From Welwitschia mirabilis (Eukaryota): a stretch of 53,344 nt of DNA. Made by a program: the position numbers and the translations under genes. Each line of letters starts with the position of its first letter. The first letter of the stretch is position 1. The stretch lies in assembly GCA_051453625.1 (NCBI GenBank), contig JBOZIK010000001.1:3796195-3849538 (forward strand), read 5' to 3'. The notes under the pieces are model-generated. The model did not search any database, was not told the origin of the DNA, and was given only the letters and a program-made list of their open reading frames with translations. Below, piece after piece: positions 23,901-37,425 of the stretch.

Positions 23901-26900
23901 AGATGAAGTAAAAGTTATTTTAGATTGATTCTCACTAGCAATACAAACCCTATTGTAATCACTATACCCATCAAGAAAGTAATAAAAAATGTCTTCTTAG
24001 ATTCTATCTAGTATTTGGCCAAGAAAGATAAAGTACAATGGTATTTCTTGATTACTTCATTTAGTTTCCTAAAATTAATACACATTCTCCACTTCCCACC
24101 TTTCTTAAGTACTACTAGTAAAAGGCTAACCAGTCACTATCAAATATGGTATAAATAATTCCATCATCCACTAATTTAATAATTTCATCTTTTATGACTT
24201 GTTTAAGGGCTGAATTTAGTATACATTAGGGTTACCTAATAGGTTTTGCATTATCCTCAAGATAGATTTTATATTGCATAATATAAGTAGAAATAGTTGT
24301 TAAATCTTTGTGAGACTAAATAAACACATTAACCGTAAATTTTAAAAATGAGAATAAAATTAATTCTTATTAAGGAAAAAGATCCTTGTTCATTATTAAA
24401 GGTTGTTTTTTCATCACACAAAAAGATATATTTTATTCCACTAAGTAAAGGTTTTATATTTAAATTTAGATTTTAGTTTCTATTAAATTTTCGCCAAAGT
24501 TAATTATCGTCTTAGAATGTTATCTGGATAACTAGGGTAAACGAACTCCTTTAAAATAAGAAATCTCATATCTATTTAGATGTTGAACTTTTGCATAGTT
24601 TAGAGTTTCAATTTTTCTACTCTCCTAATTAAAATAGTTAGTTTCTAAATGCTCATAGTTAAGTTTACCATCATCAAAAGCTTTTAAGTTTTTTACCTCA
24701 AGTGGATTGTTAAATGAGGTAGTTTCATGACGCATTAACCATATTTTTTCAAGTGGATGATGTTATAAAAATAGAGTTGATTTAATTTATTATTCAATAT
24801 TTAACTCATCACCTAAATGCTTTTTCACAGCATTAAAAACTCTAATGGTAAAATTTTTATTTCCTAAGTAACATTTCATTATTCAAGTTTTAGTATTGAT
24901 AATACAATGCACTATTACATAAAAAGCTCTACCTAAAAGAAGTGGATAACCTCTGTTATAATCAACTTTAATTACAACCACATATATTGAATATAATTCT
25001 TATTTAATTTAAATTAATAAATCTTTTATTACTCCTAAAGATTTCTTCACTCTTGTATCTACTAATTCTAAAATGATTCATGTAGGTTTAATTCTACTTT
25101 TCAAATCAAGTTATTGACAAATGTGTAAAGGCATATTACTTACACTCACTTTTATATAGATCAAGGCTTTTTTTATTCTTTTATTTTATTCTAAAATAAT
25201 ACTAATTGTTGCTACTGCTAGACCCTTAAATTTTGAACACTTTTATAAAATTAAGTTAGTTATAGATTGGGCTAGGAAGACTTTTTTAGGTATAGTTTGT
25301 TTTTATTTTATCCTAATTAGATCTTTTCATAACTTACAATATTTAGGATTTTCTTGCAAAAGTTTTCAAAATGGTAAATTTATGCTTACATTTTGCATTA
25401 GGGCTTTAAGATGTTCATTAAAGGTAGGATTGTAATTTAATCTATCAAGCCAAGGGGTAGCTGGTTTCTTAGCTTTATCTTGAGAAAATTTTTTCCTATT
25501 GACATTTAAAGGAAAAAGGAAAGTATGATTTTATAAAAATTTAATTTCCTCTTATTCTTCATCATTTTTATCATTTTGGGATGTTGAAACCTTATGGTAG
25601 AAGGTGTTATATTATTGCCACTTCTTTCACAATCTTATAATCTTTTCTTACTTCATTAGAGTTTGGTAAAGTTGTATTGCAAGTGATCCTTGTAGTCTTT
25701 GTTTAGCAAGCATAGTTTTTTGAAAGATATTAATAAGATTTTTAATGTTTTAATTTATCTTCTTCTCAGATTTTCTTAATTCATCAATGGAATTTCTAAG
25801 TGGATTATTTTGGTTTTATCAATTTGATGTGCTTACTTAACAATTTTAGCTAATTAGTTGTAAGTTTGAGTTATTTGTTTAAAAGTTAGCGTTATCAAAT
25901 ATATTCATAAATGGTTGAAAATTTCAATGATTTATTTGAAAGTTCTTAAATTTATTTTCAAAATATTAAAAATTTACTTTTTCATTCATTCTTATTTGAA
26001 ATTGGTTTTGATTTTAATTTTGGTTTTGATTTTATGTTCTAAAGTTTGAAAAATTTTGATTGAATGCACATACCTCTTTATAAATCTTTTCTTTGTAGTT
26101 GGTAATAAAGGACACTCTTTTATTACATGGTAGTTGTCTTCATACAAATCACAAGTTGGAACCATGACTACACTCTTTTTAGCTGTCACCTTAGAATCTA
26201 AGATCATTTCAATGTATTTTTCAAGAGTTGTTGTAAAATCCTTAATGACATTTGTTGGTTCTTTTTCTATTTTTACTTCCTCCTTTTCTTGTTTTATTTC
26301 TTTAAGATCTTTTATAATTTGACCTATAGTACAATTTTCTTTAGGAATCAGTTTAAGCCATATTTGACTGACTTCTACTTGTTTTTCTAATAATCTCCAT
26401 GCATTTTTTAAGGTAAGATTCATCAAATTTCCTCCACATGAAAAATCTACAAGTTGTTTTATTTGGCTATTAAGTATAGTATAAAAATAATCTACTAATT
26501 CTTCTTGAGTAAATGCATATTTGGGATTAGAATGTATTATAATGAAAAATTATCCATAAGTGGAGGCATAATCTTCACTAGGTTTTTGTTGAAAATTTGT
26601 TACTTCTTTTTTTCTTTTTATTATGGTTGTTTTACTCATAAATCATTTAATAAATGCTCCTTGAACTTGATTCCATATTTTTAAGCTTTCATGTGAAATA
26701 GTTCTTAATCATAATTTATCTTTTCTTTTTAAAGTGATGGAAAAAATAACTATGTAAGTACTATCCCTAATTTTTTTAAACCATTTCTAGAAGTAAGCAC
26801 TAATTGTTTGATGTTGGCTATATATTAGAAGGTATCTTAATCATTTTCTTCATTAAAAATAAGATAATCATTTAACTTTCTTAACTTAACATCATCACCA

Positions 26901-27063
26901 AAAGGTAGGTTAAAAGGATTTTGGATTTCACATTTTTATTTAAAATAAGTTCTTTAATGGTGATATTAGCATTTGGATTTATGGGGATAGTAGTGAAGGT
27001 TCCAATCATAATAGGGGAATTAGACAAAGCAACCTATTTCTATTTTTGCAATGAATTCAACAT
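20990..27063 (-). pseudogene. pol: Decayed gag-pol of A2
   Basis: gag knuckle CDLYEDNYHVIKECP (about 26110-26155), protease ALIYIKVSVSNMP (about 25130-25168), RT IEIFMDDFTIYG (about 23762-23797), RH FELMYDA (about 23338-23358), INT HDGVCGCHF, WGIDFIG (about 21890-21910) and VNGKRLKIY (about 21082-21108). Confidence 0.93.
22181..22922. other. Assembly gap (N run)
   Basis: Run of N between the RNase H and integrase regions of A2. Confidence 1.
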
Positions 27064-27716
27064 TATAATCAAATGATTTTATTCTAAACTATTAGTTGAA
27101 AAAATTTCTTTTAAAAAATTAGATTTAAAAATAATAAATGTAGAAAAATCTTCTTACTTAGTCCTTGGAATATTTTGCATACCTTGGGTGTGTGTACATG
27201 TGTTAAGTTCATAGTCGATCAAATCTTCTTGATTGTTTTCTTCAATCAATAGCCACTTCCTCTAATATTTCATCTTTTTACTAGAGTTTTTCATATTCCA
27301 ACATGATCACTTCTATTTTATAAGCCATCATCTTTATGGTTATTTGGATGATGTACTAGATTACAATAGGCATAAAATACCCAAAAATGAAAAAAACACC
27401 AAAAAAAAATCATGAAATAATACAAAATAAAAATAAATGTTCGTCTACTTAGTAATCTAAACAATAAAGAGGATGATAATAAAACTCTAGTTCTTAAGAA
27501 AATGAAGAACCCAAGTCTCATAGGTCATCGTCATCATGCACCATCTAGACAATGAAAGGGATGATAAGACATTTATTTAGAGATACAAAACAAAAACTAT
27601 GAAAATAAAAACCTACATTTTTACTGTAAGAATATAATGCTACTATAAACAAATACCTGAACCAAAATTCAAAGCACTTACCTGAGAAACAAGAATCTTT
27701 GAACTCTAAGCAACCT

Positions 27717-27734
27717 TCCCCAGTAATGGATCCA
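27717..27734 (-). promoter_or_regulatory. Primer binding site, tRNA-Asp type (A2)
   Basis: Minus strand TGGATCCATTACTGGGGA, 3 bp from the 5' LTR; near-identical to the A1 PBS. Confidence 0.8.
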
Positions 27735-27737
27735 AGA

Positions 27738-29005
27738 TGTTACAATGCATATTTGTGCAGATGTTAGTCCTTAAATAAATCCTCTATATCATAAATATAT
27801 ATAGATTTTTCATAATAAAACATACTAATATAGATGGGAGTGACCCAAATGTTATAATTTCATCGAAGGCACAAGCAAGAAAAAAGATAATTGATTTCAA
27901 AAGCGAAACACTTATATAATCTTAAAGTAGAATAACTAATAATGCAAAATAACAATTTAAATAAATACATGATGCAAATGAAATGCAAATCCTATTCTAA
28001 GTATAACTTTTATGTGATTACAAAATAACCCTATCATAGAGATCAGCCCTATATAACCTAGATCAAGCAAGGAAAGCCATCACTAGACCAAAACCAATTT
28101 AAGCTATTAGGTATGTCAAATAAAATATGAAAATAATACAAAGTTAATATAGAAAATGAAATGCAATGCATCTAAATTAATAATATCAATCTTAATAAAG
28201 GTTTTCTTTATGATCTATATCATCAATAAAGTTGTTATAGAATTACAAGCAATATAAACTATAAGGGAGATACACATAGTAAAAGATATAAAAAGAAAAA
28301 TAGAGTTTTAATTAAATTGAACCAGACATTTATGTTACAAAGTAATAGCATCTGAATGAAGGATACATAGCCAAATACTAAAGAAAACATCTATCTACAA
28401 CAATAATAAATATACCTCCTATCCTATGATCTCCTATCATGAGAATTTTTGGTATCAAAGAAGATGAAAATAGAGTTGAAAGAAAAGGAGATATTTATTA
28501 CAAAATAGACTTCAAAATTAGAAAATATAAATAGATGTATTAACAACCCTAATAATTATACAAGAATATGCAAGTCACATGGCCAAATTTTGGTGAATTT
28601 TAGTGAAGTATTAGTTTAGGTATTATCCTGTTGGTCATCCAAACATTACAAGAGATGATGCCATATCATATGAGTTCTACATCGGCTACCAAATTGATTT
28701 GGTAAGCATCCTCCTTAGCTTAAGTAGTTTTATCATTTGTATAGTTGTCAAGATGATTAAGTGGATGATGGACTTTTGTAAAGTATTTCTTGCATCACAT
28801 TAATCTTTTTAATTACAGAATTATTGCTTCAGATCAAAAGTATTGTAAATTACTTTAGATTTTATCAAATGTAATGAAAATTGCATGTTTTCATGATATT
28901 TGTCTTAGCTCTCCATTATTGTTGAAACTCAGCATAAACCTATATAATGTCCTACAAAACTACTCAAAATACCCTATTAAATACATATAATTTGGTAACT
29001 CAATA
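27738..29005 (-). repeat. 5' LTR of A2
   Basis: TGTTACAATGC...AACTCAATA; direct repeat of 7774-9041; followed by TSD AAGTA. Confidence 0.9.
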
Positions 29006-29329
29006 AAGTAACCTTAAGAAACTCACTCAGTAATAAAAGAAATTGATAATGGAATAGTCTCACCTAAGAATTACTAATACCAAATTAAGGTACATTTATA
29101 ATAGAAGAATGAATAACTACTTATAGAAACTAGAATTACTTAAATATTTCTAATACTAGTTTAATGTGTATTAACAATGAAAGAATAAATAGTTAATCTT
29201 ATATTAAAACTTGAAAAGATACATTACATCAATGAGGAAATCTGAAGTAAGTAGACTTCTTAACTAGATTTAAAGCAAATACACCTCTAAGAAAGATGCT
29301 TAGAATACAATGATATCTTAATATTCTAA

Positions 29330-30530
29330 GCACTCTCTCTGTCCCAAGAAAATAGTGGTTTTCATAGGTACAACACAAACCTTAACAATAATAAGAGTCT
29401 TCTCATAAGGTAGCACTCTCTCCCCTTAAGGGAATAATGGTTTTTTGGCTTATCATTAACCTTTACGACAAATAAGTACTTAAAAGTACAATCTTAAATG
29501 CATACCCCTACAAGGATTGCCTTATAAAGTATTTAGTATCCAAGAATGGACTTTGCAAAAATATTCAATAATAAGATAGTCCATAATATAAAATAAAGAA
29601 TATAACTTAATAACAAGCATAAAGATATTGCTTTGATAAAGATTTAAGCTCTTTAATGTTGTTGTTATCATCATGAGAATGAATGAAGAATGCAATGATG
29701 AAGATCCAAGAGTGAATGATAATAGTAGTGCTAGCTACTTTGCAATGATGCCTTGATTCTTCATGAGAATTGCCTTTTACTTGTGCAAGCTTTCTTTTGA
29801 TATTGATAATTAAGATCCAAGAAATCTCTATATTTCTGATTAATTGATGAAGTGCAAAAATATCTCTTTAAATTTGTGATATTGATGCTTTATAAGGTCA
29901 AATAATACCTAGCTATTTTATCTTAAAAGTAGCCATTTGATTTTGTAACCATTGTATAATGGATAGCCAACATCTATGCTTTAGGCATGTAACTTTGATT
30001 TTAGTTGATATGAACTTTGATCCAAAATGTTTGTAATTTTAACTTTTCCATATTTTGATGAATTTTTCATTGTAGTTTCTTAGGACCTTTATTATTATAA
30101 ATCTGTGATGTACAAGTTCATAGCTTACCTAAAACATAAGATATTAGTAAAAAACCAAATTAAATCTATTACTTATTTTATCTTAGTATAGAAATCTTCA
30201 AATATGTTGACATCTTCATCTATATCATATTCAACTTTTATTTTAGTTATCTTAAATATGGTATTCACCCTTTTGCTTATGACTGAATTTTAGTACATTC
30301 AATACCTCTTCAGATTTTCGGACATTTTACTTAAGATGTCTTTAATTTCTCAGATATTTTAAAACAATTAATTTTGCAATTTTATCATTTGATCCTTTTT
30401 GTAAAATATTATCTTTGAAGATCCATCATGATCTAGTACCTTTCAAGATCTGATGTACTTGTACTAACTTGTCTATATAATGATACAAAATGTTTGATAA
30501 GTGGAATCATTAAAACTAAATTTACCAATA
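29330..30530 (-). repeat. 3' LTR of D, missing about 250 bp at its distal end
   Basis: Matches 35531-36764; the match stops at about 29330, where C2 LTR sequence takes over. Confidence 0.85.
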
Positions 30531-31339
30531 ATCTCCTCCTCTTTGAGATGTTAAAACTTATCAAGTCTCTTAATGTAACCTCAACTAATAAATTTCATAG
30601 AATATGAACTTAATCACTAGCTGTAATAATCATGATATGCATCACTTAAAATAAGATAAAAGCATATAGACATATACCATTAAAGAACCAAAATAAGACA
30701 CATTTTATATTCTAAAGAAAAACACATAATCAAATTTGAAATAATATTTAAAAACCATGACATTTACCACTTGAAAATAAAATCACATAGACATAAATCT
30801 TAAGGAACTAGAAACATTTGATAAACTCTCAATTGAAATACACTAATAAAAATATGCTATCATTAAATAAAAGCATTTTAATTACCAAATAATCTAAATA
30901 TTTCATAGTTAAAAATGTTCATATTATTTGTCAAAACTTATCCTCCCTTTTTAGAAAGCAAAGAAAAGGAATAAAAATACAAGAGTCTGATGCATCCCTA
31001 CACATGTGCCTCCTTAGAAGGCTAGTATTTCCATTGAATCTGTGCCTCTTGGAGATATTACCTATTATTCTATAAAACATTTTTTAACAACAATATAGAT
31101 AAATACATCTATAATTCTTTAAGATTTCTTTCTTATAGATGTTTATAAATATGAAGACATTTGCAATGAAAGTTCTAGAATTTTCAAAAAGATCTATAAC
31201 TACTGTAAGAATAATAATACCACTTTCAAAAGATAAATACCAAGCATATAATTTAACTTAACTACATCAAACTACATCTAATCATACTTTCAACTCACAA
31301 GATAAATACAATCTAGAGTTGAAAAATTAAAATATATTA

Positions 31340-34300
31340 CCTATTCACTTACTTAATTTGAAAAGGCCTAATCTCCAAGTTCCTGCACAATTTTACATAT
31401 CTTTTAGTACTTAGAGATTTTGTAAAAACATCTACAAGTTGATCATCCATACTAATTTCTTTGTTCTAAACATGTTCTCTAAGAAAGTGATGTTGGATCT
31501 CAATATGCTTAGTTTTTGAGTGTTGTATAGTAATTTTGGATATACTAATGGCACTCTTATTATTAAAAAAGATAGGAAAGCTATTCATGGAGAGATCAAA
31601 ATTTTTTAATGTTTACTTCATACATAGAAGTTGTGCATAACAACTTCCTATAACAATACTTGGCTTCAGTTGTAGATAAAGTAGTTAAGTTCTACTTCTT
31701 ACTCTAAGATATTAGGCATTGCCTAAGCAAAATGCACGTTCCACTTATGCTTCTTCTATCATCTTTTTAATCTACCCAATATTTGTCATAATATCCTATA
31801 AGATTAAGTGAGGAGTCCTTTTAAGTACTAAAGGCTGCATTTAGTAGTACTTTTTAAGTAATGAAAAATTCTTTTAATAGCTATAAGGTCTGATTCTCTA
31901 GGATCACTTTAATAATGTGCACAAATTCCTACACTTAGCATAATATCATATCAACTAGCTATAAGAAACAATAAACTACTAATCATACCTAATAGATTTT
32001 GATCCACTTTCTTACCATTTTCATCTTTTTTCCAATTTGATATTCTAATTTATGGGAGTATCTTTTTCTTTGTAATCCTATAAACCATATTTAACTAGCA
32101 AATTTTTAATATATTTAGCTTTTGATATAAACATACCTTACTTATCTTGCATAACTTAAAGTCTCAAGAAGTTGCTCATTTCTCCCATAAGACTTGTTTC
32201 AAAGTCATCCTACATAATCTTAGCACATTCCTGCATAAATATTCAGTAGTAGCACCAAAAATAATATCATCTACATAAATTTAAATAATAATAAAATCTT
32301 TACCATTTTTTCTAATGGATAATGTCATATTTGATGTACCTCTTTTTGAAGCTATTTTCAATCAAATGATCTAAGAGTTTTTCCTACCAAGATCTTGGGG
32401 CTTTTTTAAGACCATAGAGAGCCCTCTTTATTTTAAAACATGATTAGAGTTTTATGAGTTAATGAACCCATATGGTTATACAGCATATACTTATTCTTGA
32501 ATATTTCTATTGAGAAAAGCACTTTTAATATTTATTTCATAAATCTTAAAGCCTTTCATAAAAACAAGAGCTAAAAGCATTCTTATTAATTCCATATGAG
32601 CAACAGGAGTAAAGGTTTCTTTAAATTCAATTCCTTCTTATTGATTATAAACTTTTGCCACTACTCTTGCTTTAGTTCTAATAATATCTTCATGCTTATT
32701 TGTTTTTCTTTTAAAATCCCACTTAGTGTTAATAATTGATTTACTAGAGGGTCTTGGAGTAAGTTTCTCAACATTGCATCTTTCAAATAGATTAAGCTCT
32801 TCTTGCATAATAACCATTTAATGTTCATCATTTTTTGCTTCTTTAAAAGTTTTTTATTCAACTTGAGAGATATAAGCTAGTTAACCATAAAATTATGTAG
32901 TATGACTTCTAATTTGAATGCCTCTATAAGAACTTCCTATAATGTTACTTGTGGAGTGATGCTTCTTTAGCCTTATCATGGTTGATGGGTTTTATCTTTC
33001 TAATTCTTCTTCTTTTTCTTCCTCATTATCAAATTAAACTTGATATTTCTTAGAGGATTCAACAATTTTCATATGAGTATAATCATCTTTTACATTCATA
33101 GGATTTAACTCAATATCATTTATTTTGACATTTATTATTTCTTCAATCACATGGATCCTATTATTATACACCTTGTAAGCTTTACTAACCATAGAATATC
33201 TTAGAAAAATTCCTTCATCTACTTTTAAATTAATATTCTCAAAATTTTTCTTTCATTTAGAATAAAGAATTTTAAGTAAAACATATGAAAGTAATTAAAA
33301 AAAGGTTTTCTACCTAATCATAACTCATATGAAGTTTTAGAAGTGAATCTTCTTACCAGAGCTCTATTAAAAACATAATAGGTTGTATTGATTACTTTTA
33401 TCCAAAAATGATATGGTACATTTTTATCATGCATCATTGTCCTTATCATTTTATTAGGAACTCTATTCTTTATTTCAACTACTCCATTTTGTTAGGAAGT
33501 TCTTAGAGCATAGAATTGATATAGAATACCAAATTGTTCATAGAATTCTCTAAACTTTACATTTTTGAATTTAGTACCATTATTACTTCTTAGCATTTTG
33601 ATCTTATATCCCTATTGATCTTACAACCTAATGCAAAACTTAGAAAAAGCATTAAAAGCCACATCCTTATGTGCAAGGAAGGATACCCCTGTAAAATGAA
33701 AAAAATCATTTACAATTATTAAATAATACCTTTTCTTACCTAAGCTTTCTATAGAAGGAGGACCAATAACATCAAAATGTAAGATACCTAATGGATGTTT
33801 AGTAAAGATAAAATTTTTCTTATCAAATTTTATCTTTGTTTTCTTCTCTTTTTGATAAGCTTCACAAATCTGATTATTAATGTTTTTAAATTTGAAAAGC
33901 TTCCTTACTAATTCTTTATAGACAAAATTTTGAGAAAATCTTTATTCACGTGACAAATTTTCTTATTCCATAGCTCTACTTCATTTGTTTTGCTAAGAAA
34001 ACACTTGGTTCCATTATTAGGTATAACTTTTAAGGTGGTAATGTGAACATTTTCTTTCCTTACTCTAACAAATAAAACTTTGGTAGAATTTTATTCTCTT
34101 ATAAAACAATCATTTTTTGTAAATGTAATAGAAAAATTTGCATCATAAAGTTTACTTACACTTAAGAAATTATGTTGCAAACCTTCTATAGATAATACAT
34201 CATTTACCTCTAGTAAATTACCTCCTCCAATGATACCACTTCCTTTGATTGGTGCTTCTATGTTGTCTCTAAAGTTATAACTCCCTTATCTTGTTCCATC

Positions 34301-35256
34301 AAGGTTATGAAGTTAGATTTATCTCTAGTCATGTATCTCAAGCATTCGTTGTCAACATACTATGCATGATTCTTCACTTCCATGAGTACTATTTATGCTA
34401 AAAGTATTATTTTTTATTTTAGTATCCATATTTTTCTTATTTTATCCTATACAAAATGTTATACCATTCTACTTGACCTTTTGGCATTATCAATATAATA
34501 CCTGATTTTAAATTTCATTGGACATCTATATTATTAATGACCTCTATTATGATAATAATAATAAATAATATTATTTGTATAATTAATGCCTTGACTTGTA
34601 GTTCCAAATATTGAATAAGAAGGTTAAAATGCTTCTTGTAACTTCATTATGTCCCAAGACATTTTTATCATTTAATTATCTCCACTATTCAAGTATAACA
34701 TTTAAGGTTTCCTTTTCTTGGGTAAATTTCTCATTGATCTTCTTTAAATTAAATTGTTCCTATCTTACAAACTTCAATTCACATGTTAGTCTATTAACCT
34801 TAGCATTAAGGGCTAAGGTTTTTGAAGATAATTGATTGCTGATATTTTTTTTCTTATTTATAAGCTTTTTCATAAGTATGAAGTAATTTTTTAATTTTAA
34901 TACATACCTTTTTTAGTTTAATAAACTCATCAAAAATTAGTTCATACCTTTTTTAAAGATTCAAAGTTGTATGCTTTTTGCTATCTATTTTATCTTCTTC
35001 TTCTATCTTATCTTATTCTTCTTGAGAATGTGCAATGGCCATGAGAGCAGGATAGATTTCTTCATAAGAGATTTTTTTTTCCTATTATAAGTTCTGTGAT
35101 TTTTTCTTCTTCATTTATCAAACCCTAAAACTCATAATATTGTAAGAACATTTATATCCACATCTTCTAATAGGCATAGTTTATCCATTTGAAGAGTGAA
35201 GATCTGCCGAATGGCACACCTTCCATTGTTTACTCAAAGAAGTTACTTCCTTTCAT
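31340..35256 (-). pseudogene. pol: Decayed Copia gag-pol of D
   Basis: INYAY*KM (gag N-terminus), YVDNECLRYMTRD (protease, about 34320-34360), LRSNNGTKF and QNGVVEIKNR (INT), IYVDDIIFG (RT, about 32255-32281), QHSKTKHIEIQHHFLREHV (RH). Confidence 0.93.
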
Positions 35257-35278
35257 TAGTACCTTCTTTGATATCACT

Positions 35279-36764
35279 TAAGAATTGATTTAAACTCATA
35301 GGGGAGGGGTGAATGCATTCCATCAAATAAAAATTTAAGCTAATAACATAAATATATAAAAATACACAATAAAAACATCTTATCAAATAATGTAATTTTC
35401 CAACTTGGGTATGTCCATACACAAAGGGTATCTTCTTCTTACACTTTTAGATATTATTAACCTACAAGAAAATAGTGGTTTTTTATCATACCATCAACCT
35501 TATGATAAATAAAAGTCTCTTTACAAGATAGCACTCTCTTCTTCTCAAGGGAATAGTGGTTTTCATAGGTACACCAGAAACCTTAATAATAATGAGAGTC
35601 TTCTTGCAAGGTAGCACTCTCTCATTCTTAAGGGAATAATGGTTTTCTGACTCACTAATAACCTTTTTCATAAACAAGTGCTTAAAAGCACAATATTAAA
35701 TGCACACCCCTATAAGGATTACCTTACAAAGAATTTGATATTCAAGAATATATTTTACAAAAATATTTAATAATAAGATAGTCCATAATATAAACCAAAG
35801 AATAAAACACAACAATAAGCCTAAATATATTACTTTGAGGGATATTTAAGCTTTTTACTATTGTTGTTATTATTACAAGTATGAATGAATAATTTAGCAA
35901 TGAATATCCAAGAGTGAATGATAATAGCAATGCTAACTCCTTTGTAATGATGCCTTGATTCTTCATGAGAAGTGCCTTTTACTCATGCAAGCTTTCTTTT
36001 GATGTTGACCATTGAGAGCCAAGAAATCTCTGTATCTCTAGTTAATTAATAAAGTGTCAAAAGTTCTCTTTAGATTTTTGACATTAAGGCTTTATAGTAT
36101 CAAAGAAGATTTAGCTATTTTAGCTTGAAAGGTAGCCATTTAATTTTGTAACCATCATGTAATAGATAGTCAAAGTTTATGCTTTGGATGTGTAACTTTG
36201 GTTTTAATTGACATGAAATTTGGTCTAAAATGTATTCAATTTTGTATACATATTCACTCTAGATGTCTTTACTTTTGTAGACATCTCTAGTCAACTTACC
36301 TAGATTTTCATAAATTTTACTTTATAGTATCCTTCAACCTCGTGATTACGAATTCATCATGTAAAAGTTCATAACTCACCTGGAACATAAGATATTAGAC
36401 AAAAATGAAATTAACTCTATTACTTGTTTTAGCTTAGTATAGATGTCTTCATCTGTGTCAAGTTCAACTTTCAATTTAGTCATCTTAAATATGGTAGTAA
36501 TATTTTAACATGTGACTGAATTCCAATACATTCAAGATGTCTTCATATTTTTAGATGTCTTTACTTAAGATGTCTTCAATTTCTCAAACATATTTAAACA
36601 ATTGATTTTATAGTTTTAGTATCTCATCCTTTTTGTAAAATATTGTCTTTAAATATCCATCATGATTTAGTACCTATCAAGATCTAATGTACCTCTAATG
36701 ACCTATTTACATAATGACACAAAATGTTTGATAGGTAAAATCATTAAAACTAGATTTACCAACA
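35279..36764 (-). repeat. 5' LTR of D
   Basis: Bounded by the PBS and ...TTTACCAACA; contains about 82-bp tandem units and AGACGTCT-derived motifs. Confidence 0.88.
35460..35670. repeat. About 82-bp tandem units within the D LTR (also 29330-29470)
   Basis: AAG(A/G)(A/G)AATA(G/A)TGGTTTT recurs at about 35466, 35547 and 35630. Confidence 0.75.
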
Positions 36765-37425
36765 TGTCCTAATACTTCAAGTTTTTCCACCACATTTTCC
36801 AAACAAAATATCCATTACAGTGGGAGATGAAAGCCATTCTATAGATGAGGAAAGGCTTAAAAAGCTTTTTCATGATATGATTAATGGATAGTTATATAAG
36901 AGGAATTACATTTGGGTAGTTACTTAAGGAGGAATTTATGATGATGACGTGTCCTTTGACTCATGATGCAACTACCAATAGGTGTCATGTCATGTTTCTT
37001 CCATGCAATAATCCTCATTACTATCACATGTTATGACATGTCATTTTGCACTTCCATCATGTATCTTTAAAGTTGAAGGTTTATTCTGGTTTATCATCTA
37101 GCTAAGTCTATGAGTGTAATTTGATGAACTTTCCAAAAGAATGCAAGAACATGAGTTTGAAGTGAATCTACCTTAGAAAATGAGTGGTGCTGGTGGATCC
37201 AAATAGTAGCATGACATTGTTTGCTAGAATTTCTTTAGTTTTATGAAATATTCTAGAAGATAGTAATAAACCTACTTATGTTAGGCAAAAGCACATATTT
37301 ACATGAAATATGATAAAAAGGGTAAAAGACATTATTTTATGATTAAAGTAATGAGTTTAGTATCTTTCCCTATGCAAAATTGATCAACTATACTTGCTTG
37401 AAATCTCAATTTATGCAAGTAACCA

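Larger units (their letters stand above)
7774..29005 (-). mobile_element. Structurally complete Athila-like Ty3/Gypsy element A2 (about 13.1 kb without the nested SIRE)
   Basis: Two 1268-bp LTRs (7774-9041, 27738-29005), perfect 5-bp TSD AAGTA (7769-7773, 29006-29010), Asp PBS, domain order gag-PR-RT-RH-INT, and an extra 3' ORF. Confidence 0.93.
29330..36764 (-). mobile_element. SIRE-like Ty1/Copia element D (second family; 3' LTR truncated; no env-like ORF seen)
   Basis: LTRs about 29330-30530 and 35279-36764; PPT AAAGAGGAGGAGAT (30531-30544); PBS TGATATCAAAG (35266-35276); GCATTCACCCCTCCCCT near the LTR end; Copia domain order. Confidence 0.9.
3967..37425 (-). mobile_element. Pol-less Athila-derived LTR element C2 (own sequence 3967-7773, 29011-~29335, 36765-~37425; the rest is nested insertions)
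   Basis: 3967-7325 is the reverse-complement homolog of about 40213-43400. Degenerate Asp PBS TAGCATCGTTGTCAAGTA at 7308-7325. The three LTR pieces join collinearly against LTR 38844-40208. Confidence 0.7.

Noticed and set aside
20990..27063. Endogenous pararetrovirus or chromovirus
   Set aside because: Integrase, LTRs, TSD and Asp PBS indicate Athila; no movement protein or chromodomain motif seen.
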